Shown one piece after another: positions 55,530-64,000 of a stretch of 64,000 nucleotides of DNA (positions are counted from its first letter, which is position 1; the number at the start of each line of letters is the position of its first letter). Under the pieces are notes generated by a model. It made no database searches and was not told where the DNA came from. It saw only the letters and a list, made by a program, of their open reading frames with translations. A program made the position numbers and the translations under genes. Source of the stretch: Bacilli bacterium (GTDB lineage: Bacteria; Bacillota_I; Bacilli_A; RFN20; CAG-826); contig JAFSPN010000046.1 of NCBI GenBank assembly GCA_017442875.1, positions 723 through 64,722 of the forward strand, read 5' to 3'.

Positions 55530-58277
55530 TTAATTGCCCTCGCTTTCTTCATAGATGTAGATGCCATAGACTTCTAAATCGTAATAGACACCAGTGAAAG
55601 ATGTTGACCATCCCATAAACACCGCATTGCTCGGCATGAATCTATCTCTTTCTTCCGCGCTAGGTGCCGTAGCATCTAGTCCTTCTTCCACTACTTGTTC
55701 TTCGACTAAGTTATTTAAGCCATCATAAAACTTCACTGTATGATAGATGACATCGAAATAATAACTGGTAAATCTTAATGGTTCATGTTTCTCATGTGGT
55801 GCTTGGGGAACGACAAAAGTTTCACCCACTTCATAAATGCTACTGTTCTCGGTATTTAACCAACCGTAGAATCTCTTACCTTCCGATTCTCTATCTTTTG
55901 GACAATCGGGAATAGTAATCGCATTACCTAATGTGTAATAGCCCATATATTGGTCATCGAAATAAACCGGTCTCGCCATCGGATCTAAATAATGGAGTCT
56001 GACTTCGATGAAGTGATGTTGTCCTTCTCTTAACTTAAACATCGAACGAGGAACATCAACATATAAGGTATCGTTGAATTCAATGGGGTGATTAGATTTT
56101 AAGATTAAAGCACCATTAGAATAGGCAATATAACTTCCGCTTTCAAAAGAGAAACTAAATGGACATCCCTTAACAGTCTTACCTTGGTCATTAACATATT
56201 CGATATCTTTAACTGGATCATATTCAGTCTGAACAATCTTAAATGCTGTACCACTGATAGTTGCGAGATTTAATAGATGTAAATCATCTTTTACTTTAGT
56301 AATCTCTTTCTCTAATTCGATTGGACCATCAAATGTTGGTGCTTCTACAACATAATCAGCGTTATTCACATTAAAGAATGGTTTTCTAATCTTAAATAAG
56401 TCCGCGCTTAAATCGACAAAGAATATCACAAGAGATACACCGACATCTGCGTACCACCCCACTTCAAAACTAAAGGCGATGTCCGCTTCACAGCTCTTTC
56501 CAGTTGGACCGTTGCTCCACATAATCGTGCCGAAACCACTGAGAACCATATAGACACCCACATCCGCATAAACGGAGAGGTTGATATAATCTTCGAGACC
56601 ACAAACACCTAAACCGAATCTTAAATGTAAGCCAACATCAACACCAATAGAACCAACAATCGCTAACGAATGAGCGCTAGTTTCTAACGAATCAGTGGTC
56701 TTACTACTCTTATTATCATCGCCAGAACGATAAGAGATAATATGATTAACTGATTTAGAAGTATATGTATAGTTGACCATCACTTGAGCATCAATTTTAA
56801 TGACAAAGTTAAAGTCTAAGAAGAGATCGAAAATACCACCAATAGGCCAGCGACCGGTGCCTAATTTAATCTTGACGGCTCTGCCATCAAAATTAACTGC
56901 ATCTTTCTTGCTTTTTACAACACTATCGAAGTGGCTATCGGCCTTTTCATATTGTTCAGCTTTATCATAGATATAAGATGATAAGTGATTATAGTCAGTT
57001 TGATTATTGCCACTTGGAACCGGGACTTGTCCACCGACAGCAATTTGGAATCTAAATGATGTATCGACAGTTTCGGATATATCGACAGCGATATCAGCCC
57101 AATAAGGAACGCCTAAGAATCTTCTTAACGAACAAGAAGCATCAACTTTTAAAACCGATTTACGATAGTATTCAATCATAATAGTCACAGACACATATTT
57201 AGTGGGAATTGTGACACTGATGATTAAATCAAATGACCAGCCTGGCCATTCAAAACCAAATTTTGGTTTAAGTTTAATGTTCTTTAATAAATCGAGGAAT
57301 GTTTGGACATCGCCCGCTCTTACAGCACGCTTTTCTTCTGGAACAAATCGTTCATATTGTTCCATGATAAAATCTCTAAATTCTTCAGATTGTTGTAAGT
57401 TCTCAACAATGGATTTTTCACTGCATAATTCTAGGTCTTCAATCATGCCATCATCATAGTCATCAAAGAAAGCATTAAGACCGGAATCACCAAAGATTTT
57501 TCCTAAATCTGGATCGGTATAAGAAACTTCATTTTGTCCAGAAGAAACAATCTTTTCTCCTGCAAAAGTGCCATAAAATGCATTATTATCGATTTTTTTG
57601 CCATTCCAGAAGAGGAATTGTTCACCCGGTTGTAAGTTTAAGCTCTTCTTGGTGATCATCGTATGAGTTTCATGTGGACCACTAGAAGAAATATCCTGTC
57701 TAGAGATGATGTCGGAAAGAAGGAATCTCTTCACATCATTATTAACTTCATAAGTATCTTTTTCTTCGGCCTTTGTGTCGAAGTGAAATTCTCTAATAGA
57801 TTCATCCTTTTGATAGAAATGGAAAGGCGCACCATCTTTTAATTCGATCGTGTAGAATCTTCCTTCTTCATAAGGGATAACGGCATCAAAGCCATAAACA
57901 CCACCACCGAGGTTCTCAGAAGTTAAACTATGTTCTATATGTGTGGAATCATAAACACGAACATAAGTTTCTGGGGCTTCGGATAAAGAAGCACCTTCAT
58001 TAAGTTCTAAATAAAAGCGATAATCGGTTTCCTCATCTAAAGATGCGTTATTAGAAAGGGCTACTTCATGATCATAGTTTAAGAGATCTTCTTCATTAGT
58101 GGCCCAAAATGGTGCTTCTAATAGTTCACCTTCAGGGATGATGGGATCATCATCTGGTTGATATTCTGATGATTCATCATCATCGCTTGGTTCAGTTACT
58201 GTTTTATAATCGCATCCAGTTAAGGATGAGACTGCTAAGAATAGAGAAATTCCTAATAAATATAATTTCTTTTTCAT
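55530..58277 (-). CDS. large lipoprotein with central beta-hairpin-rich domain and two C-terminal InlB-B-type repeats
   Basis: Start at MKKKLYLLGISLFLAVSSLTGC (lipobox); the track ORF extends to 58322. The central region has reiterated [YW]ADxGV motifs. The C-terminus has KRFYGWLN and AVFMGWST repeats. Confidence 0.7.
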   Translation of the reverse strand: MKKKLYLLGISLFLAVSSLTGCDYKTVTEPSDDDESSEYQPDDDPIIPEGELLEAPFWATNEEDLLNYDHEVALSNNASLDEETDYRFYLELNEGASLSEAPETYVRVYDSTHIEHSLTSENLGGGVYGFDAVIPYEEGRFYTIELKDGAPFHFYQKDESIREFHFDTKAEEKDTYEVNNDVKRFLLSDIISRQDISSSGPHETHTMITKKSLNLQPGEQFLFWNGKKIDNNAFYGTFAGEKIVSSGQNEVSYTDPDLGKIFGDSGLNAFFDDYDDGMIEDLELCSEKSIVENLQQSEEFRDFIMEQYERFVPEEKRAVRAGDVQTFLDLLKNIKLKPKFGFEWPGWSFDLIISVTIPTKYVSVTIMIEYYRKSVLKVDASCSLRRFLGVPYWADIAVDISETVDTSFRFQIAVGGQVPVPSGNNQTDYNHLSSYIYDKAEQYEKADSHFDSVVKSKKDAVNFDGRAVKIKLGTGRWPIGGIFDLFLDFNFVIKIDAQVMVNYTYTSKSVNHIISYRSGDDNKSSKTTDSLETSAHSLAIVGSIGVDVGLHLRFGLGVCGLEDYINLSVYADVGVYMVLSGFGTIMWSNGPTGKSCEADIAFSFEVGWYADVGVSLVIFFVDLSADLFKIRKPFFNVNNADYVVEAPTFDGPIELEKEITKVKDDLHLLNLATISGTAFKIVQTEYDPVKDIEYVNDQGKTVKGCPFSFSFESGSYIAYSNGALILKSNHPIEFNDTLYVDVPRSMFKLREGQHHFIEVRLHYLDPMARPVYFDDQYMGYYTLGNAITIPDCPKDRESEGKRFYGWLNTENSSIYEVGETFVVPQAPHEKHEPLRFTSYYFDVIYHTVKFYDGLNNLVEEQVVEEGLDATAPSAEERDRFMPSNAVFMGWSTSFTGVYYDLEVYGIYIYEESEGN

Positions 58278-58435
58278 ATACATACATGATACACGCATTA
58301 AATAAGTTGTTACAAATAACATATTTTGGAAGAATTACAAATATTTTTTGTTTTTCTAAATTTATCACCTGTGCTTTTTCACTTCAGAAGAGATTATAAA
58401 GCTGATTAGTTGGCAAGAGATTGGAGTTCGAGACA

Positions 58436-58460
58436 CAAGAAAAGACCTCGTAAGAGGCCT
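58436..58460 (-). terminator. hairpin terminator downstream of repeat copy B
   Basis: The minus strand reads AGGCCTC-TTAC-GAGGTCT followed by TTTCTTGTG. Confidence 0.55.
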
Positions 58461-58472
58461 AATCTATGCTGG

Positions 58473-58508
58473 ATAAGTCATTTTGTCCAATTTTGAATAA
58501 GTGACTTT
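58473..58508 (+). repeat. direct repeat copy B (ATAAGTCATTTTGTCCAATTTTGAATAAGTGACTTT)
   Basis: 33 of 36 positions are identical to 51232..51267. It lies between the tRNA-Ala terminator and the hairpin at 58436-58460. Confidence 0.8.
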
Positions 58509-58521
58509 GGGCAACGACAAC

Positions 58522-58561
58522 CAGCAAAACAAAACCCCCTCCAAAATAAATTCGAAGGGGG
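58522..58561 (-). terminator. rho-independent terminator of tRNA-Ala
   Basis: The minus strand reads CCCCCTTC-loop-GGAGGGGG followed by TTTTGTTTTG, starting 4 nt after the tRNA 3' end. Confidence 0.65.
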
Positions 58562-58564
58562 TAT

Positions 58565-58640
58565 TGGTGGATCCAACGAGGATCGAACTCGCTACCTCAT
58601 CGTTGCGAACGATGCGCTCTCCCAGATGAGCTATGGACCC
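58565..58640 (-). tRNA. tRNA-Ala (anticodon CGC), CCA encoded
   Basis: The reverse complement folds by hand into a cloverleaf. Acceptor GGGTCCA/TGGATCC with the G3:U70 Ala identity pair. D arm GCTC/GAGC. Anticodon stem CATCG/CGATG with loop TTCGCAA. T arm GCGAG-TTCGATC-CTCGT. 3' ACCA. Total 76 nt. Confidence 0.9.
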
Positions 58641-58682
58641 ATAACGCTAAAATATAATAAGTTTATTTTTATAAAAAATCAA

Positions 58683-59789
58683 TCACACATTATATGCGGT
58701 GACATCAATAAGCATCTCTTCTTTGGTGTTTCCGGCGTGATGTCCTTTAAAGAAATCCATATGTTTCATCTCTTTAGAGGCATATAAGCAATATTGGTCT
58801 TTGCTAGTGGCCACAAAGTCGCCAATAAATTGCACTGCTTTAAAACTAACAACGCCTTCGCCAAACATTCCTAATTCAAGAATTTCTTCTTTGCTCATTA
58901 AGTCGAAGTGTTCGCCATAGTATTTGTTAAATAATGTTTTGAATTCTTCGTTCTTCCCTTCTTTAACAAAGAAAGTTGGTGTTCTTTTTTCAAAAGAAAG
59001 GGGTAGTCTTAAAAGACTATATAAATTTTCGTGTTCACAGATATCAAGATATTTAACATTGATATGACCATGATCTGCAAAGGCAAGGAAGACAGTGTTA
59101 GGATTTTTCTTAACTAAACGGCCTATCATTTTATTAATTCTTTTAACATAGCAATGGACTCTCCAAGAATTTATACCATAGACATGCATTTCTCTATCTG
59201 GGGAATCAAAATAGAAATAGCCTAAACATTTTTTAACATGATGAATTGATTTGTTAATTCTTCTTTCAAAGCCTCTTAAAGTCTTTGGACCATCACTATC
59301 AATTGGCCATCTTTTAACATCAAACACTTGCACGTCCTTATTCTTTTCTTTGATTAATTCAAGAATTGTTTTGATTGGTAATTCCGTATTAGCGATATTG
59401 CTTGGTTCAACTTTTTCTTCAGTATTGTAGTCGAGGTTTTTAAACAAAATGATATTTCTTTGATACTTTTCAAAATATTGTGCCCAAGACATCCAACCTG
59501 TTTCAATCGGATATTTGCCAGTTAAGAAAGCGGTTGTCGCTGCGGTTGTTGTGGGAGGGAATGTAGAATTAATCGTGCATAAGAAGTGCTGTCTCATATA
59601 AGACTTTTCCGTTAAATGCTTTCTTAAGATGTTTTGACCCATGCCATCAAAGAGCATGACGACGACTTTTTGGTGATTGCTTAAAGCTTCATCGACCCAT
59701 TGTTCGGTTTGATGGAAAGGCATAACCCCAAAATGCTTTAAAAGGCTATTTGAGAATGTAACTAAATTATGTTCGTTATAGTTCTTCAC
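58683..59789 (-). CDS. alkaline-phosphatase-superfamily protein (type I phosphodiesterase/nucleotide pyrophosphatase-like)
   Basis: Metal and nucleophile motifs: MLFDGMG, TFPPTTTAATTAFLTG, FADHGH. GTG start with AGGAGA 5 nt upstream. It overlaps the rmuC 3' end by 14 nt. Confidence 0.7.
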   Translation of the reverse strand: MKNYNEHNLVTFSNSLLKHFGVMPFHQTEQWVDEALSNHQKVVVMLFDGMGQNILRKHLTEKSYMRQHFLCTINSTFPPTTTAATTAFLTGKYPIETGWMSWAQYFEKYQRNIILFKNLDYNTEEKVEPSNIANTELPIKTILELIKEKNKDVQVFDVKRWPIDSDGPKTLRGFERRINKSIHHVKKCLGYFYFDSPDREMHVYGINSWRVHCYVKRINKMIGRLVKKNPNTVFLAFADHGHINVKYLDICEHENLYSLLRLPLSFEKRTPTFFVKEGKNEEFKTLFNKYYGEHFDLMSKEEILELGMFGEGVVSFKAVQFIGDFVATSKDQYCLYASKEMKHMDFFKGHHAGNTKEEMLIDVTAYNV

Positions 59790-60999
59790 TACTATCTCCT
59801 AATTGTTTTAATTCGTCTTCCAAGTTGTTGTTGGTGTTAATAGCTTGGAATTTGTTTGTAATTCTACCAACGCGATGATCAAGTTCTTCTCTTCTCTTAC
59901 CGGTTTGTTCAAGAGCGTTAGAGAACTTATCCCATTCACGTCCAAACATTTCAAAGTCTTTGGCTAAGCGTTGTAAATGTTTGTTAATCTCATCGGCGTT
60001 TTTGCTGCGTTCCACTTCGATACGCACCATATTTATGGTGACTAAGATAGCTGGTAATGTTGATGGGCTAGTTAGGATAACTTTCTTAGTTCTAGCGTAT
60101 TCAATGACGTCTTCTAAGTTTTGATGGATGAACGCAAAGACACCATCGTTAGGAATGAACATCAAAGCTTCAGGAGCGGTCTTTCCTTCAACGATGTATT
60201 TATCTTTAATAGCGGTAATGTGTTTCTTAACAGCGTTACCAAATTCTCGAGTCAATCTTTCTTTTTCTTCTTGAACATCAGTTTCAAAGATTCTTTGATA
60301 ATCTTGGAACGGGAACTTGGAATCGATACAAATCATCTTGTTTGGTTCTGGCATGAAAACAACAGCATCCGCACGCACGTCGTCGCCATCTTTGACTTTT
60401 TTCATGGTGTATTGTTCTTGATAACAACCAGTTGTGTCACCAAAAACATTATGGAGAACCATTGATAATTGATATTCGCCATATTGACCTCTAGATTGGT
60501 TGCCTTCTAGAACACTTCTCAAAGAAACGACATCTTTAGATAATTCTTCGATGTTCTTTTGTGCGGCATCAATAGCTTGAAGTCTTTCTCTAACTTGAGC
60601 CATAGTTTCACCAGTGTTTTTAAAGCCTTCAGCGAGCTTCTCATCAACCTTTTTGTTGATCTCAATGAGTTTGTCATCAATTTGTTTATTCAAAGCGTCA
60701 AATCTTGTATTTAATGATTCGGTAATGTTCTTTTGGAATCTTTCTAGCTTTTCATTATTTAGTTCATTTGATTTACTGGTCTGTTCCAAGACTTTGTTGA
60801 TTTCTTTAGAGACCGCTAATTCGATATTAGTTTTGAGTTGTTCGTTTAACGAATTGAGTTGTTGCTGTAAAGCACCAATCTCCTTTAAATCTAGTTGTGG
60901 AGCTTCAACTTTTTTCTTGCTGTTTAGAACGATTAAAACAATTGCGATGATGATGGCAATTAAAGCGAGAGATGAAATAACAATGGCTACATATTCCAT
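59776..60999 (-). CDS. rmuC: DNA recombination protein RmuC
   Basis: Start at MEYVAIVISS (N-terminal TM), with GGAGG upstream; the track ORF extends to 61089. It has a coiled-coil region followed by the RmuC core ADAVVFMPEPNKMICIDSKFPFQDY. Confidence 0.85.
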   Translation of the reverse strand: MEYVAIVISSLALIAIIIAIVLIVLNSKKKVEAPQLDLKEIGALQQQLNSLNEQLKTNIELAVSKEINKVLEQTSKSNELNNEKLERFQKNITESLNTRFDALNKQIDDKLIEINKKVDEKLAEGFKNTGETMAQVRERLQAIDAAQKNIEELSKDVVSLRSVLEGNQSRGQYGEYQLSMVLHNVFGDTTGCYQEQYTMKKVKDGDDVRADAVVFMPEPNKMICIDSKFPFQDYQRIFETDVQEEKERLTREFGNAVKKHITAIKDKYIVEGKTAPEALMFIPNDGVFAFIHQNLEDVIEYARTKKVILTSPSTLPAILVTINMVRIEVERSKNADEINKHLQRLAKDFEMFGREWDKFSNALEQTGKRREELDHRVGRITNKFQAINTNNNLEDELKQLGDSSEEL

Positions 61000-61156
61000 A
61001 AGGTAAACCTCCACATTATCTAAATATATTATTAGGTGTGGAATACAATATAACAAATAATCTTTTCTTATTAAAGAAAATAATGACAAATTCCTAAAAA
61101 ATGCATGTCAAGACTATAAAGTAATTTTATATTTAGGTATAATTCACTCACCCCTT

Positions 61157-62401
61157 ATGGAAAAACGTACAATTGCGGTCATTGATTTGAAAGCTTTTTA
61201 CTCGTATGTTGAATGCCTTGATCGAAACCTTGATCCCTGGACTACACCACTCGTGGTCGCGGATAAAGAAAGAGGTACTAACACGATTGTTTTGAGCGTC
61301 TCTCCATTTCTTAAAAAGCACGGTGTTCCTTCAAGATGCCGCATTAAAGAACTACCAAAGAAATTCAAATATGTTTATGCGGTTCCTAGAATGGAAAGAT
61401 ATCTAGAAAAGAGCGCGGATGTGATTAGTGTTTTATATCATTTTGTCGCTGAAGAAGACGTACACGTGTATTCAATTGATGAGGCTTTTGTGGATCTAAC
61501 GACTTATCTTGGTTACTATAAAAAGACGCCGCTTCAAATGGTGACCACTATTATTAATCAAATTAAAGAAGATACAGGCTTACAAGCTACCGCTGGTATA
61601 GGCGATAACTTCTTTTTAGCAAAAGTGGCTTTGGATATTTATGCAAAAACTGCGAAAAATGGTATCGCTAGATTACAAAGTAACGAAATCAAAGAAAAGT
61701 TATGGCCTATTACCCCATTACATAAAGTTTGGAGCATAGGCACAAGAACAGAAGCTAAGTTAAATAAGATGAACATATTCACCGTTAAAGATATCGCGAC
61801 ATCCAGTATTGATTACTTAAAAAGTAAATTTGGTGTCATGGGTGAGCAACTTTGGAGACACGCTAATGGTATCGATGAAGCAGATATTCATGAGAACTAT
61901 GAACCGAAAGAGAGAAGTTTCACTTTAGGGCAGGTTCTATTTAGAGATTATAATTCCAAGGAAGCCGTTACCATCATTAGAGAAATGGTTGATACGCTTA
62001 CTTCAAGAATGAGAAATGAAGATAAAATGTGCAACATGGTATCGATTTACATTGGCTATTCAAAAAATATGGGTGGATTTTCTAGAAGATCGACTCTATT
62101 AGCGGCCACTGATGATAGCAAACTTCTTTTGGATGCTGTTTTAGAAATATACCATCGTTATGTACAAGATTTACCAATCAGAAACATTGGTATTTATTAT
62201 GGAGGTTTGGTGCCTGCATCACATCAGCAATTAAATTTGTTCGAAGATGAAGACAAACAAGAAAAGCGCCACAATTTGCAAAAGGCTGTTGATAAATTAC
62301 ATAGTAAATACGGCAATAATTCTGTTTTAAGAGCGTCGTCTCTATTAGAAGAAAGCACCATTAAAGAAAGAAATGAGTATATAGGAGGTCATCGTAAATG
62401 A
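61157..62401 (+). CDS. Y-family (ImpB/MucB/UvrX-type) translesion DNA polymerase
   Basis: IAVIDLKAFYSYVEC...VYSIDEAFVDLT...ATAGIGDNFFLAKVALD are the Y-family palm and finger motifs. Confidence 0.85.
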   Translation: MEKRTIAVIDLKAFYSYVECLDRNLDPWTTPLVVADKERGTNTIVLSVSPFLKKHGVPSRCRIKELPKKFKYVYAVPRMERYLEKSADVISVLYHFVAEEDVHVYSIDEAFVDLTTYLGYYKKTPLQMVTTIINQIKEDTGLQATAGIGDNFFLAKVALDIYAKTAKNGIARLQSNEIKEKLWPITPLHKVWSIGTRTEAKLNKMNIFTVKDIATSSIDYLKSKFGVMGEQLWRHANGIDEADIHENYEPKERSFTLGQVLFRDYNSKEAVTIIREMVDTLTSRMRNEDKMCNMVSIYIGYSKNMGGFSRRSTLLAATDDSKLLLDAVLEIYHRYVQDLPIRNIGIYYGGLVPASHQQLNLFEDEDKQEKRHNLQKAVDKLHSKYGNNSVLRASSLLEESTIKERNEYIGGHRK

Positions 62402-62712
62402 GTGAACGCGGAATGAAAAAATGGGCTCCATATAAATCTTTAATCGAACAAGAAAAGTATTTAAAGAAAGCTCATAAAGATAACGAAGTTATTGAAAGAC
62501 CAATTATGTCTTCAGATGAAGCGGATGAAATAAACGAAATACTAGTAAATTATCACGGAGAAGAGCTAGAGATTTCTTATTGGAGAAACAATAAAATCAA
62601 TACTGTCTCCACTATTTTGGCCAAAATTGATCCAACAAACAAAAAGATTGTCCTCCCTGAGAGAAAGACAATCTATTTCAATGAATTATTAACGATTAAG
62701 CGGCTTAGATAG
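62398..62712 (+). CDS. YolD-like protein (UmuD-analog accessory of Y-family polymerases)
   Basis: 104 aa. RGMKKWAPYKSL near the N-terminus is typical of the YolD-like family. The start overlaps the polymerase stop (ATGA). Confidence 0.65.
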   Translation: MSERGMKKWAPYKSLIEQEKYLKKAHKDNEVIERPIMSSDEADEINEILVNYHGEELEISYWRNNKINTVSTILAKIDPTNKKIVLPERKTIYFNELLTIKRLR

Positions 62713-63931
62713 CCCAAGTGCCATCTTTGAATATTTGAATTTGCTTACCGTTTTTATCAACGCCCACGATTGATAAATCTCTTGTGCCGATCATAAAGTC
62801 AACATGGATCATCGATTCATTGATGCCAACTTCTTTTCTTTGTTCAGGGCTCATGTCTAAAGCACCTTCATATAATTCGGGGAAACCAGCGCCCAAAGCA
62901 ACATGGCAACAAGCGTTTTCGTCAAATAATGTTTCATAGAATAATAATCCAGTTTGATTAATTGGTGATTCAAATGGCACTAATGCAACTTCGCCAAGCA
63001 TTGAAGCACCTTCGTCCATTTTCACCATCTTCTCTAGCAAAGATTGGTTCTTTCTTGCTTTGACGGAACAAACCTTGCCATCTTTAAAACTAATTGAGAA
63101 GTCTTCAATGAGTTCGCCATTATAAGATAATGGTTTGGAAGCGACAAGTGTGCCTTCAGCTTTACCTCTCATTGGCGTTGTAAACACTTCTTCGCTTGGA
63201 ATATTAGGATTGAATTGGCCTTTATTTGGCGCGACTTCACATCCACCACCCCAAAGCATATTGTCTATTAACTCGACTTGGAAATCAGTGCCGTTGCTTG
63301 CTTTATAAATAAGCTTTTTTAAACCAAAGCTTTCAAGTTTCTTTCTTTGGTTGATTAAGAAAGCATTATGATCATCCCAGTTTTTAACTGGATCGTTTCC
63401 ATCCACGCGTGATGTCTTTAAGATAGCAGCCCACAAAGCTTCAATAGCCTCTTCTTCATCAAGGTTAGGGAAAACCTTTTTGGCCCATGCTTTACTAGGA
63501 ACGGCAGCAATACACCATTTGTATTTGCCATCAATAGCATCACGGTATTTCTTAATTTTTGGGTAGCGCTTCGCCATTGCTTTAGCGACTTTGCCTTGGT
63601 TAACACCTTTCATCGCATCAGGATCATCAGAAACGATGTGGATGACGACAGGTAGTTTCTTTGTCCAATATTTAAATTTAGCAAGATTCATCGGCGAGAC
63701 AGAACCTAAACTACTCACGCTTTCATATTTATATCCTAATTTATTAACTGGATCATGGTGCCAATAAACTGTCACGCTTTTTGCGCCTGCTTTATAGCAT
63801 TGTTCGACAACCGAAGTAACAAATTCAGGTTGGTCTAAACCAGCATTAATCCAAACGATATCGCCCTTAAGAACATGTCCACCTTGAAGGACAATCAACC
63901 TCGCATAATCATTTAATAATTTTCGTTCCAT
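62705..63931 (-). CDS. aminopeptidase, M29 (PepS/AmpS) family
   Basis: 408 aa. YARLIVLQGGHVLKGDIVWI..., CHVALGAGFP and IHVDFMIG are typical of thermophilic-metalloprotease M29 aminopeptidases. Confidence 0.8.
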   Translation of the reverse strand: MERKLLNDYARLIVLQGGHVLKGDIVWINAGLDQPEFVTSVVEQCYKAGAKSVTVYWHHDPVNKLGYKYESVSSLGSVSPMNLAKFKYWTKKLPVVIHIVSDDPDAMKGVNQGKVAKAMAKRYPKIKKYRDAIDGKYKWCIAAVPSKAWAKKVFPNLDEEEAIEALWAAILKTSRVDGNDPVKNWDDHNAFLINQRKKLESFGLKKLIYKASNGTDFQVELIDNMLWGGGCEVAPNKGQFNPNIPSEEVFTTPMRGKAEGTLVASKPLSYNGELIEDFSISFKDGKVCSVKARKNQSLLEKMVKMDEGASMLGEVALVPFESPINQTGLLFYETLFDENACCHVALGAGFPELYEGALDMSPEQRKEVGINESMIHVDFMIGTRDLSIVGVDKNGKQIQIFKDGTWAI

Positions 63932-63986
63932 ATTCTTTTAAGTTCCTTTTGCAAATACTATAATAGTATTCAAGGAGGAAATCCAT

Positions 63987-64000
63987 ATGAAAAGTTTATT
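63987..64000 (+). CDS. start of an unidentified gene (4 codons, MKSL) running off the window
   Basis: ATG preceded by AAGGAGGA with an 8-nt spacer. The fragment is too short to classify. Confidence 0.3.

Noticed and set aside
51232-58508. Interpretation of the repeat-bracketed block as a prophage, ICE or transposon
   Set aside because: No integrase, recombinase, transposase, phage or conjugation gene is present, and the repeats do not overlap the tRNA 3' end. It is kept only as an island-like observation.
61090-61156. Looked for a LexA/Cheo box (GAAC-N4-GTTC) upstream of the Y-family polymerase
   Set aside because: None is present by eye in the intergenic region.
1-64000. Possibility that the organism uses genetic code 4 (TGA=Trp), given the Mollicutes-like features
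   Set aside because: Long ORFs are intact under the standard code. TGA terminates well-defined genes exactly at ATGA-coupled junctions (43130, 62399).

Overview
AT-rich bacterial chromosomal segment that reads cleanly with the standard genetic code. TGA is a real stop, for example at 43130 and 62399, so this is not code 4. I can support roughly 45 protein genes, one tRNA-Ala and several rho-independent terminators. I see no rRNA, CRISPR array, transposase or integrase. The dominant theme is exported surface proteins. At least 11 ORFs start with a lipoprotein signal peptide (lipobox ending in Cys), and none carries LPXTG. The Opp ATPases and permease carry large insertions. Together this suggests, by inference only, a wall-less or Mollicutes-like low-GC Firmicute. 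Layout: 0-1.3 kb holds a GT2 gene fragment, a small ORF and a NERD-domain protein. 1.3-12.7 kb holds three paralogous, domain-permuted GH3 glycosidases plus a CBM-like lipoprotein. 13.0-28.4 kb is one long minus-strand operon: S8 subtilase (1411 aa), OppA-like lipoprotein, Ser-rich lipoprotein, OppB, OppC, OppD, OppF. 28.6-32.4 kb holds a small membrane protein, a GNAT and an M13 metallopeptidase lipoprotein. 33.1-40.1 kb holds a collagen-repeat lipoprotein and a Big_3-repeat/clostripain (C11) lipoprotein. 40-51 kb is mixed: GNAT, YhhN + ALDH3-type dehydrogenase, RelE/Phd toxin-antitoxin pair, flotillin, AbrB + ABC-2 transporter, acyltransferase, DUF4256-like protein. 51.4-58.3 kb is a three-gene lipoprotein operon (InlB-B repeats, BspA-type LRRs, a beta-rich domain) bracketed by 36-bp direct repeats next to tRNA-Ala. 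58.7-64 kb holds a phosphodiesterase-family protein, RmuC, a Y-family polymerase + YolD-like protein, and an M29 aminopeptidase. The best candidate for something undescribed is a C-terminal module (Cys/Gly motif, then a TM helix, then a basic tail) shared by two GH3 enzymes and the unrelated S8 protease. It has the architecture of a dedicated sorting signal but no signature I recognise. The runners-up are the repeat-bracketed lipoprotein operon and a recurrent AG[WFY] module in the collagen-like protein. All calls come from motif recognition by eye; no database search or computation was run.
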